A stretch of DNA of 64,000 nt from a virus. The DNA lies in IMG/VR virus record IMGVR_UViG_3300042914_002215; one strand, given 5' to 3'. This document shows positions 39,978 to 52,000 of the stretch, piece after piece. The notes under the pieces were generated by a model. The model did not search any database. It had not been told where the DNA came from and worked only from the letters and a program-made list of their open reading frames with translations. The stretch's first letter is position 1. Every line of letters begins with the position of its first letter. The translations under genes and the position numbers were made by a program.

Positions 39978-40637
39978 ATGCCTTTAACAAGAATAGTAGG
40001 CGCAAGCATAACAGACGGAACAGTTGTTGCTGCCGACATAGCAGATGGTTCTGTTACTGGTTCAAAATTAGGTACTGCTTCTGTAAGTGGTAATAATATT
40101 GGAACTGGTGCAATTTCAGCAAACAATTTTGCGGGCGGTGGCATTACATCAAATGTTCTTGCATCAAATTTGAGTATTTCAGTTTCACGTGTATCTGAAA
40201 CGTTATCAATCAATACAGCCGTAATTGGTTCAAACAGTGCATCAGGTACAAATGTAAATCTTGATATCATCAATACAACTGTTTATTATTTTAGTTCGAA
40301 TACTTCTGGTAATGTAACGTTTAATCTTCGTGGTAATAATATCAATACATTTGATTCTGCTGTTCAAGTTGGTAATACAGTTTCAGTTGTGGTAACATTA
40401 CGACATAACACAGCAGCATATCGTTCTGGCGTAAATGTGATGATTGATGGCGGTCTTATTAGAACTACATTAGCAAATCCTGATTCAGATAATTTAATAA
40501 TGTATTCGGGCAACACATTGCCAACACACTCCGTCATTAATGCTATCGAATCTAATATTATTGGATTAACTGTGATAAAGAAAGCAGCAAACTCTTATAT
40601 TGTTTACATGTCTAACACAATATTTGGATTGACATAA
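39978..40637 (+). CDS. fibre stalk plus fused adaptor domain
   Basis: paralog of the 38094 C-half; shares an exact 27-nt stretch (40137-40163 vs 38544-38570). Confidence 0.65.
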   Translation: MPLTRIVGASITDGTVVAADIADGSVTGSKLGTASVSGNNIGTGAISANNFAGGGITSNVLASNLSISVSRVSETLSINTAVIGSNSASGTNVNLDIINTTVYYFSSNTSGNVTFNLRGNNINTFDSAVQVGNTVSVVVTLRHNTAAYRSGVNVMIDGGLIRTTLANPDSDNLIMYSGNTLPTHSVINAIESNIIGLTVIKKAANSYIVYMSNTIFGLT

Positions 40638-41557
40638 TGCCATTTCAAGCAACATTTGGTAATGCATCATTAAGAACTTTTGGATTAGGAGCTACTAGAA
40701 GAAGAATTGGTGCTAACGTAGCGGTTCAATATCTTATGGTTGCGGGTGGAGGCGGCAGTACCTGGTCTGATAGGGGAACATCCGGAGCAGCAGGAGCCGG
40801 AGGTTTAAAAACAGGAATACAAAATACTTCAGGCTCAGCTAGATTGTTTATTCAAATTGGTGCTGGTGGTACAGGTTGGTCTAATGGCACGAATTCCTCA
40901 ATAACTTCAGTGGAAGGTGTGTGGAGTAACATATCATCTGATGGAGGTGGCGCTGGTGGTTGGTTTTCCGGTTCCACTTTTTATACAGCATATGATGGAG
41001 GCTCTGGTGGAGCCGGTTCTGGTAGAAGAGGTGCTTTTGGTGAATTTCCTTCTGCTGGACAAAGTGGTGCGCTTGGTTATCCTGGTCAAGGATATAATGG
41101 AGGTAGTGGAGAAGGTAGACCAGGAGGCACAGCTGGAGGAGGAGGCGGTGGTGCTGGTGGTGCTGGAACCAATGGCTATGATGGCGGCAACAATATTCTA
41201 TATGGTGGAAATGCTGGTGCTGCTTATTCATCACCAATTTCAGGAACACCTGCAAATTATGCTGGCGGTGGTCAGGGAGCCGCGACTCAAGCTGGCGCTG
41301 GAGCCGTGAATGGCTCTTCTGCGGCTCCAGGTGGAACGATAGAAAGTAATGCTCCAGCTAATGGCGGAGGTGGTGCTGGTGGTGTTAGAGACACTGCTCC
41401 CGGAGGTAGCACATATTCAGGCGGCAGCGGAATAGTGATTTTAAGAAGTTTAGCAAGAGCATCTAATACAGTTGGCAGCCCTACAGAAACACAAATAGGT
41501 AATGAGTGGATTTATACGTTCAATGGTTCAGGTGAAATAGTTATAGGTTCAGCATAA
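40637..41557 (+). CDS. glycine-rich tip protein
   Basis: YLMVAGGGG...GGSGIVIL...YTFNGSG. Confidence 0.7.
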   Translation: MPFQATFGNASLRTFGLGATRRRIGANVAVQYLMVAGGGGSTWSDRGTSGAAGAGGLKTGIQNTSGSARLFIQIGAGGTGWSNGTNSSITSVEGVWSNISSDGGGAGGWFSGSTFYTAYDGGSGGAGSGRRGAFGEFPSAGQSGALGYPGQGYNGGSGEGRPGGTAGGGGGGAGGAGTNGYDGGNNILYGGNAGAAYSSPISGTPANYAGGGQGAATQAGAGAVNGSSAAPGGTIESNAPANGGGGAGGVRDTAPGGSTYSGGSGIVILRSLARASNTVGSPTETQIGNEWIYTFNGSGEIVIGSA

Positions 41558-41576
41558 AAAAATTAAGGAAAAATAA

Positions 41577-41960
41577 ATGGCAGCACCTAATATAGTCGCA
41601 GTCACAACTATTCGAGGCAAATCAAATGTTGCCAATCTCACTACGACCTCATCAAGTGTTGTAGTGAATGATATCAATTCAGGTAAAGTATTTAAAATAA
41701 ACACAATTATTGTATCAAATGTTGATGGTACAAATTCTGGTAATGTAACAGTTGAACTATTTAAGTTTGGCGCACAAAATGTCGCAACAGGTACGGGCAA
41801 CTCAGTATATTCACTTGCAAACGTTGTGACGGTGCCAGCAAAGTCATCACTTGATATTATGTCAAAGTCACTCTATCTTGAAGAGGGTGATCATCTCAAA
41901 GCAAAAGCAGATTCAAACAATCGTCTGCATCTTATTACTTCATTCGAAGAGATTAGCTAA
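41577..41960 (+). CDS. fibre adaptor (MAAPNIV type)
   Basis: KINTIIVSNVDG, VPAKSSL, LYLEEGD.L, SFEEIS end; same overall layout as the other adaptors. Confidence 0.65.
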   Translation: MAAPNIVAVTTIRGKSNVANLTTTSSSVVVNDINSGKVFKINTIIVSNVDGTNSGNVTVELFKFGAQNVATGTGNSVYSLANVVTVPAKSSLDIMSKSLYLEEGDHLKAKADSNNRLHLITSFEEIS

Positions 41961-44548
41961 TGGCAGTTCGTTTTAACGGCGGTATCATCGGCAGTAGAAA
42001 TCTGACCACTGGTGGTCAAGGTAGTGGTGTTGCTGTAGGCATCTGGTCATTAAATGAAGCACAAGTGGCAAAACTTGCTGGTATATGGCCACAAGAAATA
42101 ACTTCTGGTTCTTTTCAAGGCGTTCAAATATTTACCGAAAGTACATCATGGGTGCCACCAACAAATGTTGTAGCGGTTGATTATCTTGTTGTTGCTGGCG
42201 GAGGTTCAGGTGGCGGTGGTCTTGGTGGCGGTGGTGGTGCCGGAGGATTTGTGTCGGGAACCGGTTTATCTGTAACTCCCGGACAAAATTATAATATAGT
42301 TGTTGGTGCTGGTGGTGCAGGTCCAGGATTTTTTCCTCTAGCATTTGGGGGAAATGGTTCAAATTCAGGAATATGGAGTTCGGCACCATTTTCTGCTGTT
42401 TGGTCAACCGGCGGCGGTGGTGGTGGAACAACAGCAAGTGGTGGTAGTGCTGGTCAACCCGGCATGGCTGGTGGTTCTGGCGGAGGAGGTTCTGGTAGAA
42501 CACCCGGTACTGGTGGTTCACCAAGTGGTGGTTTAGGCACACCAGGACAAGGAAATAATGGTGGCACTGGTTCACCAGGCGCATCAACATTTTCTGGTGG
42601 TGGTGGTGGAGGTGCCGGTGCCGCAGGTAATGCGGGAACTCCTACGGGTCCTGCTGTTGGTGGTGTAGGATTATATTCATCAATTTCAGGATCAAATACG
42701 GCATATGCTGGCGGCGGTGGAGGTGGAGGTGATTCACCTGTTGGTGCATTAGGTGGTGCTGGTGGTGGTGGAACATCTGGAGCATTTCCACAGGGTACGG
42801 GTGTTTCTGGAAATACTAACACTGGTGGTGGCGGTGGTGGAGGCTCTGGTGGTGGTCCTAATGGAGGAAATGGAGCATCAGGTGGATCAGGTGTCATTAT
42901 TCTCAAGTATTATGTGCAAGACACAAACGGTCTTTTTGTCTTTGCAAACACAGGACAAATAAGAATACCTGATGGTATCACAACGATTGATTATTTAATT
43001 GTTGGTGGTGGTGGTGCTGGCGGTTCGGGACATGGTGGTGGCGGTGGTGGTGCTGGTGGAGTTAGGACTGGCACAAGTTATCCAGTAGGACCAAATCAAC
43101 TTTACACAATTTCTATCGGTGCTGGTGGCACTGGTGGTGTTGGTGCAACAACAAATGGTGTTGCATCAATTTTGTCTGCTGGAAATACTAATACCGCCAA
43201 TCTAATCGTTGCATCTGGTGGAGGTGCTGGTGGTTCAGAGGGTAATCAATTAGCAAGTAGTGGTGGTTCTGGTGGAGGTGGAGCAGGTGTGCCAGGGAGA
43301 TATACTGGCGCACAGGGAAATTTTTTAAACAATACTAATTCTGGAGTTTCACCAGCACAAGGATTTGGTGGTGGCAACGGAGGGCCGGGCTCTGCTCCTA
43401 ATTATGGGGGTGGTGGTGGCGGTGGTGGTGCTAATGCTAATGGTACGAGTGCCTCTGGTTCCACTGGCGGGGGTGGTGGTGTTGGAGTTTTCTCAACTAT
43501 CACTGGTGCTAATGTAGCGTATGGAGGTGGTGGAGGTGGTGGAGGATGGAATGCTCCAGGTGGACCTGGAGCATCTGGTGGAGTAGGTGGTGCAGGAGGT
43601 GGAGCAAATGGAGCAAATCAGCCAGCAACAAGTAGAGGAAGTAATGCAAATAATAGCACTGGTGGAGGTGGTGGTGGTTCTGGAGGACAAGATATAGATG
43701 GTAGAACTGGTGGCAATGGTGGCTCTGGTTTTGCCGTCATCAAAATATCAGCAACACAAAACAAGATAGCAGTATTCTCTAACACTGCAACATGGAATGT
43801 GCCTACGGGCGTTTCGTCACTTGAGTATCTTATTGTTGCTGGTGGTGGAGGTGGCGGTGGTGATATTGGTTGTGGTGGTGGTGCTGGTGGATTTAGAACA
43901 AGTCCTGCACTATCAGTCACACCTGGAGCATCTTTGACTATTGTTGTTGGTGGAGGTGGTGCGGGTGGACCTACAGGACCTTCTGCCCGTGGCTCAAATG
44001 GTTCTAATTCAGGAATCTATGGTTCAGCACCATTTCCTGCTGTGTGGTCTACTTCTGGTGGTGGTGGTGCAACAAATGCACCGGGTCTTGTAGATGGATT
44101 CTCTGGTGGTTCTGGTGGAGGCGCCGCTTTTGGTGCAGTTGCCGGTAGAGGTAATTTAGGAGCATATACACCAGCAGAAGGAACTGGTGGTGGTGTTCAA
44201 GTAAATTGTGGTGCTGGTGCTGGTGCTATGGGTGGTGGAGGTGGCGCTACATCAAACGGTTCAAACGGATTTTGTTTAACACCAGCAGGCGGTGCCGGTG
44301 GTGCAGGTGGTGCAGGAACTCCTTCTACAATCACTGGAAGTGCTGTAACTTACGCTGGCGGTGGAGGTGGTGGTGGACAGCAACAAGGTAGTGCTGGTGG
44401 TGCTGGTGGTGGAGGTGCCGGTCGTGGTGGTAATATAACTGGTGAAAGTGGAAATACTGCTACTGGTGGTGGAGGTGGTGGTAGTGGTGGTGTGCCTTAT
44501 AGCGGCGGTGCTGGCGGCTCTGGTGTAGTCATTCTCAAATGGACATAA
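41960..44548 (+). CDS. glycine-rich tip protein, three tandem domains
   Basis: NGGIIG...GIWSL N-terminus; three YL.V.GGG...GSG.V units. Confidence 0.7.
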   Translation: MAVRFNGGIIGSRNLTTGGQGSGVAVGIWSLNEAQVAKLAGIWPQEITSGSFQGVQIFTESTSWVPPTNVVAVDYLVVAGGGSGGGGLGGGGGAGGFVSGTGLSVTPGQNYNIVVGAGGAGPGFFPLAFGGNGSNSGIWSSAPFSAVWSTGGGGGGTTASGGSAGQPGMAGGSGGGGSGRTPGTGGSPSGGLGTPGQGNNGGTGSPGASTFSGGGGGGAGAAGNAGTPTGPAVGGVGLYSSISGSNTAYAGGGGGGGDSPVGALGGAGGGGTSGAFPQGTGVSGNTNTGGGGGGGSGGGPNGGNGASGGSGVIILKYYVQDTNGLFVFANTGQIRIPDGITTIDYLIVGGGGAGGSGHGGGGGGAGGVRTGTSYPVGPNQLYTISIGAGGTGGVGATTNGVASILSAGNTNTANLIVASGGGAGGSEGNQLASSGGSGGGGAGVPGRYTGAQGNFLNNTNSGVSPAQGFGGGNGGPGSAPNYGGGGGGGGANANGTSASGSTGGGGGVGVFSTITGANVAYGGGGGGGGWNAPGGPGASGGVGGAGGGANGANQPATSRGSNANNSTGGGGGGSGGQDIDGRTGGNGGSGFAVIKISATQNKIAVFSNTATWNVPTGVSSLEYLIVAGGGGGGGDIGCGGGAGGFRTSPALSVTPGASLTIVVGGGGAGGPTGPSARGSNGSNSGIYGSAPFPAVWSTSGGGGATNAPGLVDGFSGGSGGGAAFGAVAGRGNLGAYTPAEGTGGGVQVNCGAGAGAMGGGGGATSNGSNGFCLTPAGGAGGAGGAGTPSTITGSAVTYAGGGGGGGQQQGSAGGAGGGGAGRGGNITGESGNTATGGGGGGSGGVPYSGGAGGSGVVILKWT

Positions 44549-44555
44549 ATAAGTT

Positions 44556-44563
44556 TATAAATA
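44556..44563 (+). promoter_or_regulatory. T4 late promoter consensus TATAAATA
   Basis: exact match 35 nt upstream of ATG 44598. Confidence 0.7.
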
Positions 44564-44597
44564 CAAAGTAATTTTTAACAAAAGGGAGTTTTAATAA

Positions 44598-44981
44598 ATG
44601 GCACATTTTGCACAACTTGATGAAAACAATGTAGTAACTCAAGTCATTGTTGTGTCCAACAATGAACTACTTGACGCTAGTGGCGTTGAGCGTGAAGAGA
44701 TGGGTATTGGTTTTTGCCAAAGATTGTTTGGTGGCAATTGGAAGCAAACATCATACAATCATAACTTCCGCAAGCGTTACGCAGGTATTGGATACACATA
44801 CAATGCAGAACTTGATGCATTTGTTCCACCTAAACCATTTCCTTCATGGGTATTAGACAATGATGAAGCAAACTGGAAAGCACCTGTTGCACAACCAGCG
44901 GATGCAGGACAAGGTGATCCACCTAAGGTGTATACATGGAATGAAGAAACAACTTCATGGGATGAAGTAGTACCAGCATAA
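44598..44981 (+). CDS. MAHFA-type small fibre-associated protein
   Basis: MAHFAQLDENNVV..VIVV, WKQTSYN..FRKRYAG.GY, F.PP.PFPSW. Confidence 0.8.
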   Translation: MAHFAQLDENNVVTQVIVVSNNELLDASGVEREEMGIGFCQRLFGGNWKQTSYNHNFRKRYAGIGYTYNAELDAFVPPKPFPSWVLDNDEANWKAPVAQPADAGQGDPPKVYTWNEETTSWDEVVPA

Positions 44982-44983
44982 TA

Positions 44984-45382
44984 ATGGCACACTTTGCACA
45001 ATTGAATGAAAACAATGAAGTTATTCAAGTCATTGTCGTTCGCAATTCTGAAATAATAGATGAAAACGGTTATGAATCTGAACAAAGAGGTATAGAGTTT
45101 TGTCAGAATCATTTTGGAGGAGGTCGTTGGATTCAAACTTCATATACTGGAAGTTTTCGTAAAAGATATGGTGGAGTTGGCACAGTATACCTTGAAGAAT
45201 ATGATATATTTGTGCCACCAAAACCATGGCCATCATGGGTATTGGATGTAAAATCCGGTGATTGGGATCCTCCAGTTCCGTATCCACCAGAACATGGACG
45301 ACCAAGACCTGAAGATGGTAAATATATTCATTATGAGTGGAATGAAGAAAGTCAACAGTGGATTAATCCTACACTCTCTTAA
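44984..45382 (+). CDS. MAHFA-type small fibre-associated protein (tandem paralog)
   Basis: clear paralog of 44598. Confidence 0.8.
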   Translation: MAHFAQLNENNEVIQVIVVRNSEIIDENGYESEQRGIEFCQNHFGGGRWIQTSYTGSFRKRYGGVGTVYLEEYDIFVPPKPWPSWVLDVKSGDWDPPVPYPPEHGRPRPEDGKYIHYEWNEESQQWINPTLS

Positions 45383-45402
45383 TAATTATTTTTATTCATC
45401 AT

Positions 45403-45427
45403 AAACCCTGCTTCGGCAGGGTTTTTT
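45403..45427 (+). terminator. Rho-independent terminator
   Basis: AAACCCTGC-TTCG-GCAGGGTTT plus T-run. Confidence 0.9.
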
Positions 45428-45474
45428 ATTAGCGGTATTAGATTGACTAAATACACGATTAGAAGGAGACAATC

Positions 45475-45810
45475 TTGGCTGCTTATGTAGAAATTACCAT
45501 CGAGCAAGGTGCAAACCTTACATCAACTGTTACAGTATCAGACACTCAAGGTGATGCAATCAATCTTTCAACATATTCCGCATCGGCTCAATTACGCAAA
45601 TCATATTACTCTTCAACAGCAAATACATTATCTGCGACAATTACTGGTAATGCGAACGGTCAAATTACTCTATCAATGACAGCAGCAAACACTGCTAATC
45701 TAACACCTGGTCGTTATGTTTACGATTTAAAAATAACAAACTCAGTTGATAATTCCGTGACCCGTGTAGTAGAAGGAACAGCGGTTGTTCTTCCATCAGT
45801 TACGAGGTAA
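45475..45810 (+). CDS. small beta-sandwich virion protein (TTG start)
   Basis: AAGGAG RBS; ACTAAATA at 45446; IEQGA, QLRK, GRYVYDL, RVVEG...V.PSVTR. Confidence 0.7.
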   Translation: MAAYVEITIEQGANLTSTVTVSDTQGDAINLSTYSASAQLRKSYYSSTANTLSATITGNANGQITLSMTAANTANLTPGRYVYDLKITNSVDNSVTRVVEGTAVVLPSVTR

Positions 45811-45813
45811 TAT

Positions 45814-46035
45814 ATGCCAGATTTAGGTAAAGTCACGGTTTTTCAACCGAATAGAACTACAGTTGTATCACCAAACTATAAGCCAAAACCTAACGTTGCT
45901 CTAGCAGAAATAAATGATGTGTCTACAGAAGGTGTACAAGATGGTTATTCTCTTGTGTACAGTTCAGCGAACAATCGTTACGAAACAAAAGTTGCTGTTA
46001 CCGTTTTAGCTACGCTTGACGGTGGATTATTCTAA
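45814..46035 (+). CDS. small fibre linker ending LDGGLF
   Basis: LAEINDV....DG..LVY fibre motif; GAGG RBS. Confidence 0.65.
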   Translation: MPDLGKVTVFQPNRTTVVSPNYKPKPNVALAEINDVSTEGVQDGYSLVYSSANNRYETKVAVTVLATLDGGLF

Positions 46036-46044
46036 GAATTACAA

Positions 46045-49000
46045 ATGGCAAATACAACAATACAAATAAAAAGATCGCTAACGACTGACACACCACCGTC
46101 GTTAAATATTGGCGAACCAGCATATTCGTATAACAGCAATACATTATTCATAGGCTCAAGAACAGATGATGGTGCTATTCCTATTGGTGGTTGGGATACT
46201 TATATTCGTGGCATATCGTCTTATGAAAAATTAAATGCTTCTTACTCACATGCAAACTCGGCATTTATTCGTGCAAACAATGCGCTGAATGCTAACGTTG
46301 GTGGTTTCATTTCTGGTGATGTTACAATTGCTGGTAATCTGAGTATTATTGGTGGTCAACTTGCAGCAAATGTGCCAATCGTATTGATTGGTGATAATAT
46401 AATTTCACTGAACACGGCAATCAGTCCGTCTGGTGAACCAGTAATGAATGCTGGTATTGAAGTTGATCGTGGCGCACAACCGAACGTTTATTTGTTGTGG
46501 AATGAAACATTAGAAAGATGGCAGTTCACAAATGATGGTTCAACTTATGATGATTTGGGTGGTTCTTCTGCATCATCATATGCCAACTCAGCATTCATAA
46601 AAGCAAACGCATCTTTTGATCATGCTAATGCCGCATACACTTCACAGAATGCTACAGGACAATATGCTAATGCTGCGTTTATTCATGCCAACTCTGCATT
46701 CATAAAAACAAATGCTGCGTTTGATCATGCGAATGCAGCATTCGCAAATGCCAATGGTGCTTTTGCTTCTGCTAACGCTTCATTCGCAAATGCCAACGGT
46801 GCTTTTGCTGCTGCTAATGCTGCGTATATTCATGCTAATTCTGGTTTTATCAAAACGAATGCATCGTTCGATCATGCTAATTCCGCATTTATTAAAGCGA
46901 ATGCTGCGTATGAATCTCAGAATGCTACAGGACAATATGGTAATTCAGCATTCATTCAAGCAAATTCTGCGTTTATACATGCCAACGCTGCTTATCAGTC
47001 ACAGAATGCAACCGGTAACGTAGCAAACTCTGCCTTTTTTCAAGCAAATGCTGCATATCAGTCACAGAATGCTACAGGTCAATACGCCAACGCCGCATTC
47101 ACATTGGCTAACGGTGCATTTATTCATGCCAATAGTGGATTCATTCAAGCAAATGCTGCATATCAGTCACAGAATGCTACAGGTAATGTAGCCAATGCTG
47201 CTTTTGCTAATGCCAACGGTGCTTTTGCTTCTGCTAACGCTGCTTTTGCTAATGCCAACGGCGCTTTTGCTAAATCGAATGCTGCATACAATCATGCAAA
47301 CAGTGCATTCATTCAAACTAATTCTTCGTTTATTCATGTAAATTCTGCATTCGGTCATGCCAATGCTGCTTTCATTCGTGCGAATAATTCACTGAACGCT
47401 AACGTTGGCGGTAATGTCACTGGCGATGTTATCGTCATTGGCAATCTTACATCCAATACACTAACAACAACAGGTTCTAATGGTAGCATTACTGGCGCTA
47501 ATGCTATCTTTACAAATTATATTTTTGCCGCAAATGGTAATGTAGACTTATACATCTACTCATCGCTTGCATATGCACAATCCAATGCTGCGCTTGCTGC
47601 TGCCAATGCTTCATTCGCAAATGCCAATGGCGCTTTTGCTGCTGCTAATGCTGCATTCGCAAATGCCAATGGTGCATTTGCCGCTGCCAATGCCGCATAC
47701 ACACATGCAAACAGTGGTTTCATTCATGCAAACTCGGCATTCATACAAACGAACGCTGCATTTGATCATGCTAATTCTGGATTCATACAAGCGAATGCAT
47801 CATTCTTACATGCGAACTATGCATTCTCTAATGCTAATGCTGGTTTGGCAATGGCAAATGCTGCTTTTGCAAATGCTAATGGTGCTTTTGCTGCTGCTAA
47901 TGCTGCATACATCCATGCCAATAGCGGTTTTATTCAAACCAATTCTGCTTTTGATCACGCTAATGCAGCATACATTTCACAGAATGCCACAGGACAATAT
48001 GCAAATTCTGCTTTTGTTCACGCCAACTCTGCATATGAATCTCAGAACGCTACCGGTCAATATGCTAACGCTGCGTTCTTACGAGCAAACAATTCATTAG
48101 ATGCAAACAATGGTGGTACAGTTACAGCAAATGTAATTATTGCTGCTAATCTAACTACACAAAATGTATTTGTTCGTTCGTATATTGATCTAAACACAGC
48201 ACCTTCTGCACCACCAAGAAATGAAGGTCGTATTTTCTACGACAATGATCAGAAGGCTTTATCATACAATAATGAGTCCGACAATACAATTCAACTTGGC
48301 CAAGAAACGGTAATTCGTGTATGGAATAATTCTGGCACTACAATTGCAAGAGGTAAAGTTGCCCGTATAGGTGGTGACGCATCAGCAAATGGTTTCCCTG
48401 CTGTTGCACTTGCCGCTGCTGATGTTGCACAAAATGCTGAAGTTGTTGGTGTTACTTCAACCGCAATCGCAAATAATGATTATGGTTATGTAACTATACA
48501 TGGTAAAATAAGAGGACTCAATACATCGTTGTTCACTGCTGGACAAGAACTATTCTTGTCAGATACACCAGGTGAATATCAAACAACTCCACCGGCATCA
48601 CCAAGTGTGCCAATGGCAATTGGTTATGTCACTCTATCAGATGTAACAGACGGTTCGATTCTTGTCTACTCTCATTTGATGGAAGGCAAGAACAAAACAA
48701 ATGGTGCTATTCTCTTTGGTCGTAACGGTGCTATTGATCAAGATCCAACTAAACTGTATTGGGATTATGTCAATAATCGTTTAGGTATTGATACAGATAA
48801 TCCACAAGCAAATCTACATGTTGCTGGTGATGGTTTATTCAGTGGTAATGTTACAATCACTGGTAATCTGGTAATTAGTAATGCTCAAACAATTACAACT
48901 GATGAACTGTTTGTTGGTGGTAATGAAGTTATTCTTATTGCAAATAATACAGGTTCTCCTGTACTCAATGCTGCAATCATTGTAAATCGTGGTACATCAC

Positions 49001-52000
49001 CAAACGCATATATTCTTTGGGATGAAACTGTCAATGAGTGGATAGCATATGAAGGTAGTGGTGAGCCTGGTCATATTATTCTTGCAAATAAAACTGCAAA
49101 CAGTTGGGCAGTATATGATACTTTTGAAGCATATGAAAAAGAGTTTTATCCTATTGGCGCAAATCTTGCCAACAGTGTAAACGAACATGCAAAAGCTGGA
49201 TTTGAAACCGCAAATATTGCCGAACAGTTAGCAATCGCTGGTTTCAAACACGCCAATTCTGGATTTATTCAGGCAAACTCATCATATGTCCATGCTAATT
49301 CTGCATACTTATCACAGAATGCAACAGGACAGTATGCTAACAGTGCATTCATTCATGCCAACTCTGCTTATCAGTCACAGAATGCAACTGGTCAATATGC
49401 TAATGCTGCATTTATTCACGCTAACTCTGCGTTTGCATATGCAAATACATTAGCGGGTGGTGCTGCAATTGATAATGTTGCACGTGATACTGCTAACTCT
49501 GCTGGAATCTATGCTAACGGTGCTCAGGTTCTTGCAAATACGGCCGATTCAAAAGCAGTCAGTGCTGGTGTATATGCTAATGCAGCATTCAACACAGGCA
49601 ATTCAGCATTTATCCAGGCAAATGCATCGTTCAATCATGCGAATGCAGCTTTTGCTGCTGCTAATAATGTGTTTCCGCAGGTGCAACCAGCATTCAATAC
49701 TGCTAATGCTGCATTTATTCATGCCAACGCATCTTTTGATAAAGCAAATAACGCTGAAGCAAATGCTCAATCGGCAGGCGCTTATGCTAATGGTGCTTAC
49801 TTACATGCCAATGCTGCATTTGCTGCTGCAAATAATGTATTCCCACAAGTACAACCAGCATTCCATACTGCGAATGCCGCATTCTTACAAGCAAACGCTG
49901 GTATTCTACATGCACAGTCTGCATTCCATCATGCTAACGCAGGATTCGTTCAAGCAAATGCTGCTATAGTTCATGCACAATCGGCATTTACTGCACAGAA
50001 TGCAACTGGTACATATGCCAACTCAGCATTTATTCAAGCAAATGCTGCTTATGCTGATCTGAATACAGTATCAATCTATGCTAACACGCCAAGTTATACA
50101 GCAAACTCTGGCTCTGTATATGCGAACTCTGCTTTTGCACAAGCAAACTTAGCAAACAATAATGCAAACGCTGCTTCAGTATATGCTAACTCTGGATTTA
50201 TTGTTGCTAATTCTGGATTCATTCAGGCCAACTCTGCATTCTTCCATGCGAATGATGCTTTCAATAAAGCAAACAGTGGATATGATCAAGCAAACTCTGC
50301 GGCAATTTATGCTAACGGTGCATTCACTGCTGCAAATGTAGCAGATGCAAAAGCAGTTACGGCAGGTGTATATGCAAACTCTGCCTTTGCAAATGCCAAT
50401 GGCGCTTTTGCTGCTGCTAATGCTGCTTTTGCAAATGCTAACGGTGCTTTTGTTTCAGCTAACGCTGCATACGATACTGGTAACGGTGCGTTCATTCAAG
50501 CAAATTCTGGCATACTTCATGCACAATCTGCATATGATCATGCCAACGCAGCATTTAATTCTGCGAACAATTCAACAAAAGCAAACTCTGCATTTGATCA
50601 CGCCAATGCTGCATTTATAGTTGCCAATTCTGGATTTATTCAAGCGAATGCTGGTTTTGATCATGCTAATGCTGCATTCATTCGTGCAAACAATTCACTG
50701 AACGCCAATACTGGTGGACGTGTAACTGGTGACATAATCACTACTGGTATATTCCGTTCAGAAGCCCAAGGTGGTGATGAAGGTGGTCAAATTGAACTGG
50801 CAAATGCAGTAACAAATAGCACCCTAAGTGGTAATATTTCTATTGACATTTATCAAAACAGACTACGAATTTTTGAAACTGGTGGCACAAATCGTGGTGC
50901 ATTTATTGATTTGTCTGTTGCTGGTACTGGAGTAAGTTCTAATCTGTTGGCTGGTAGCGGAACTGGCGCAGATTCATTTGCCCGCAATACTGCTAATGCG
51001 GCATATAATCATGCTAATGCTGCTTTCATTAAAGCAAACACTGGCGGCGGTGGTGTTGGTAATGCTACAGTTCAGTCATTCCAAACAATTTCTGATGGTA
51101 CATCATCAACTTACGCATTAGGATATACACCAACAGATGCTAATGCTGCAATTTTCGTTTCTGTTGGTGGTATTGTTCAAACAGATAATGTTGATTATGT
51201 CGTTACAACATCGAATAGTACAATTTCATTCAATGAAGCTCCGCCATTAGGTGAAGTAATTCGTGCTGTTGGTTTTGCTTCATTCAATCCTTATTTCTTG
51301 GATGTTGCAAACTCTGCCGGTGCATTAGTTAGTACATTTAATTCTGTTGGTGATGGATCAAATACTACATTCTCACTTGGATTTCAGCCAGCAACAGCAG
51401 CGTCCGTATTCGTAACGATTGGTGGTATCGTACAGCCAGAATCTGCTTATACAACAAGTAATGTATCAAATACAATTACTTTTGGCACAGCACCTGGTGT
51501 AGGTGAAAACATTCGTGTTGTTGGATTCACTAAAGTTAATCCATATTATGTTCAATATATTTCATCAAATGTTACACCGTCTGTGTACGAAACAACCGCC
51601 AACGGTAACACAGCATCATTTAATATTGGATTTAATCCACAGATAAAAGAAGCATTGACTGTTACGATTGACGGTATCGTTCAGCCGTTGTCTGCATATT
51701 CAATTAATACAACAGCAAATACAATTACATTTGATGCTAATCCTGCGAATGGTGAATTGGTTCGTGTTGTTACAATGTACACGACAATCAATCCATATTA
51801 TAATCTTTATATTCCAGCAAATGTAACACCGCAAGTATTTGAAACAACTGCGAATGGATTAGTAAATACATTTGTTCTTGGCTGGAATCCTGTAACTAAT
51901 ACAGCACTGACTGTATCTGTGGACGGTGTTCTTCAACCACCAAGTTCATATACAGTAAGTAACACATCAAACTCAATCACGTTTAATACAACACCTTTGA

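Noticed and set aside
46570-50700. CRISPR-like or non-coding tandem array
   Set aside because: Repeats are degenerate at synonymous positions and in frame; they are protein heptads
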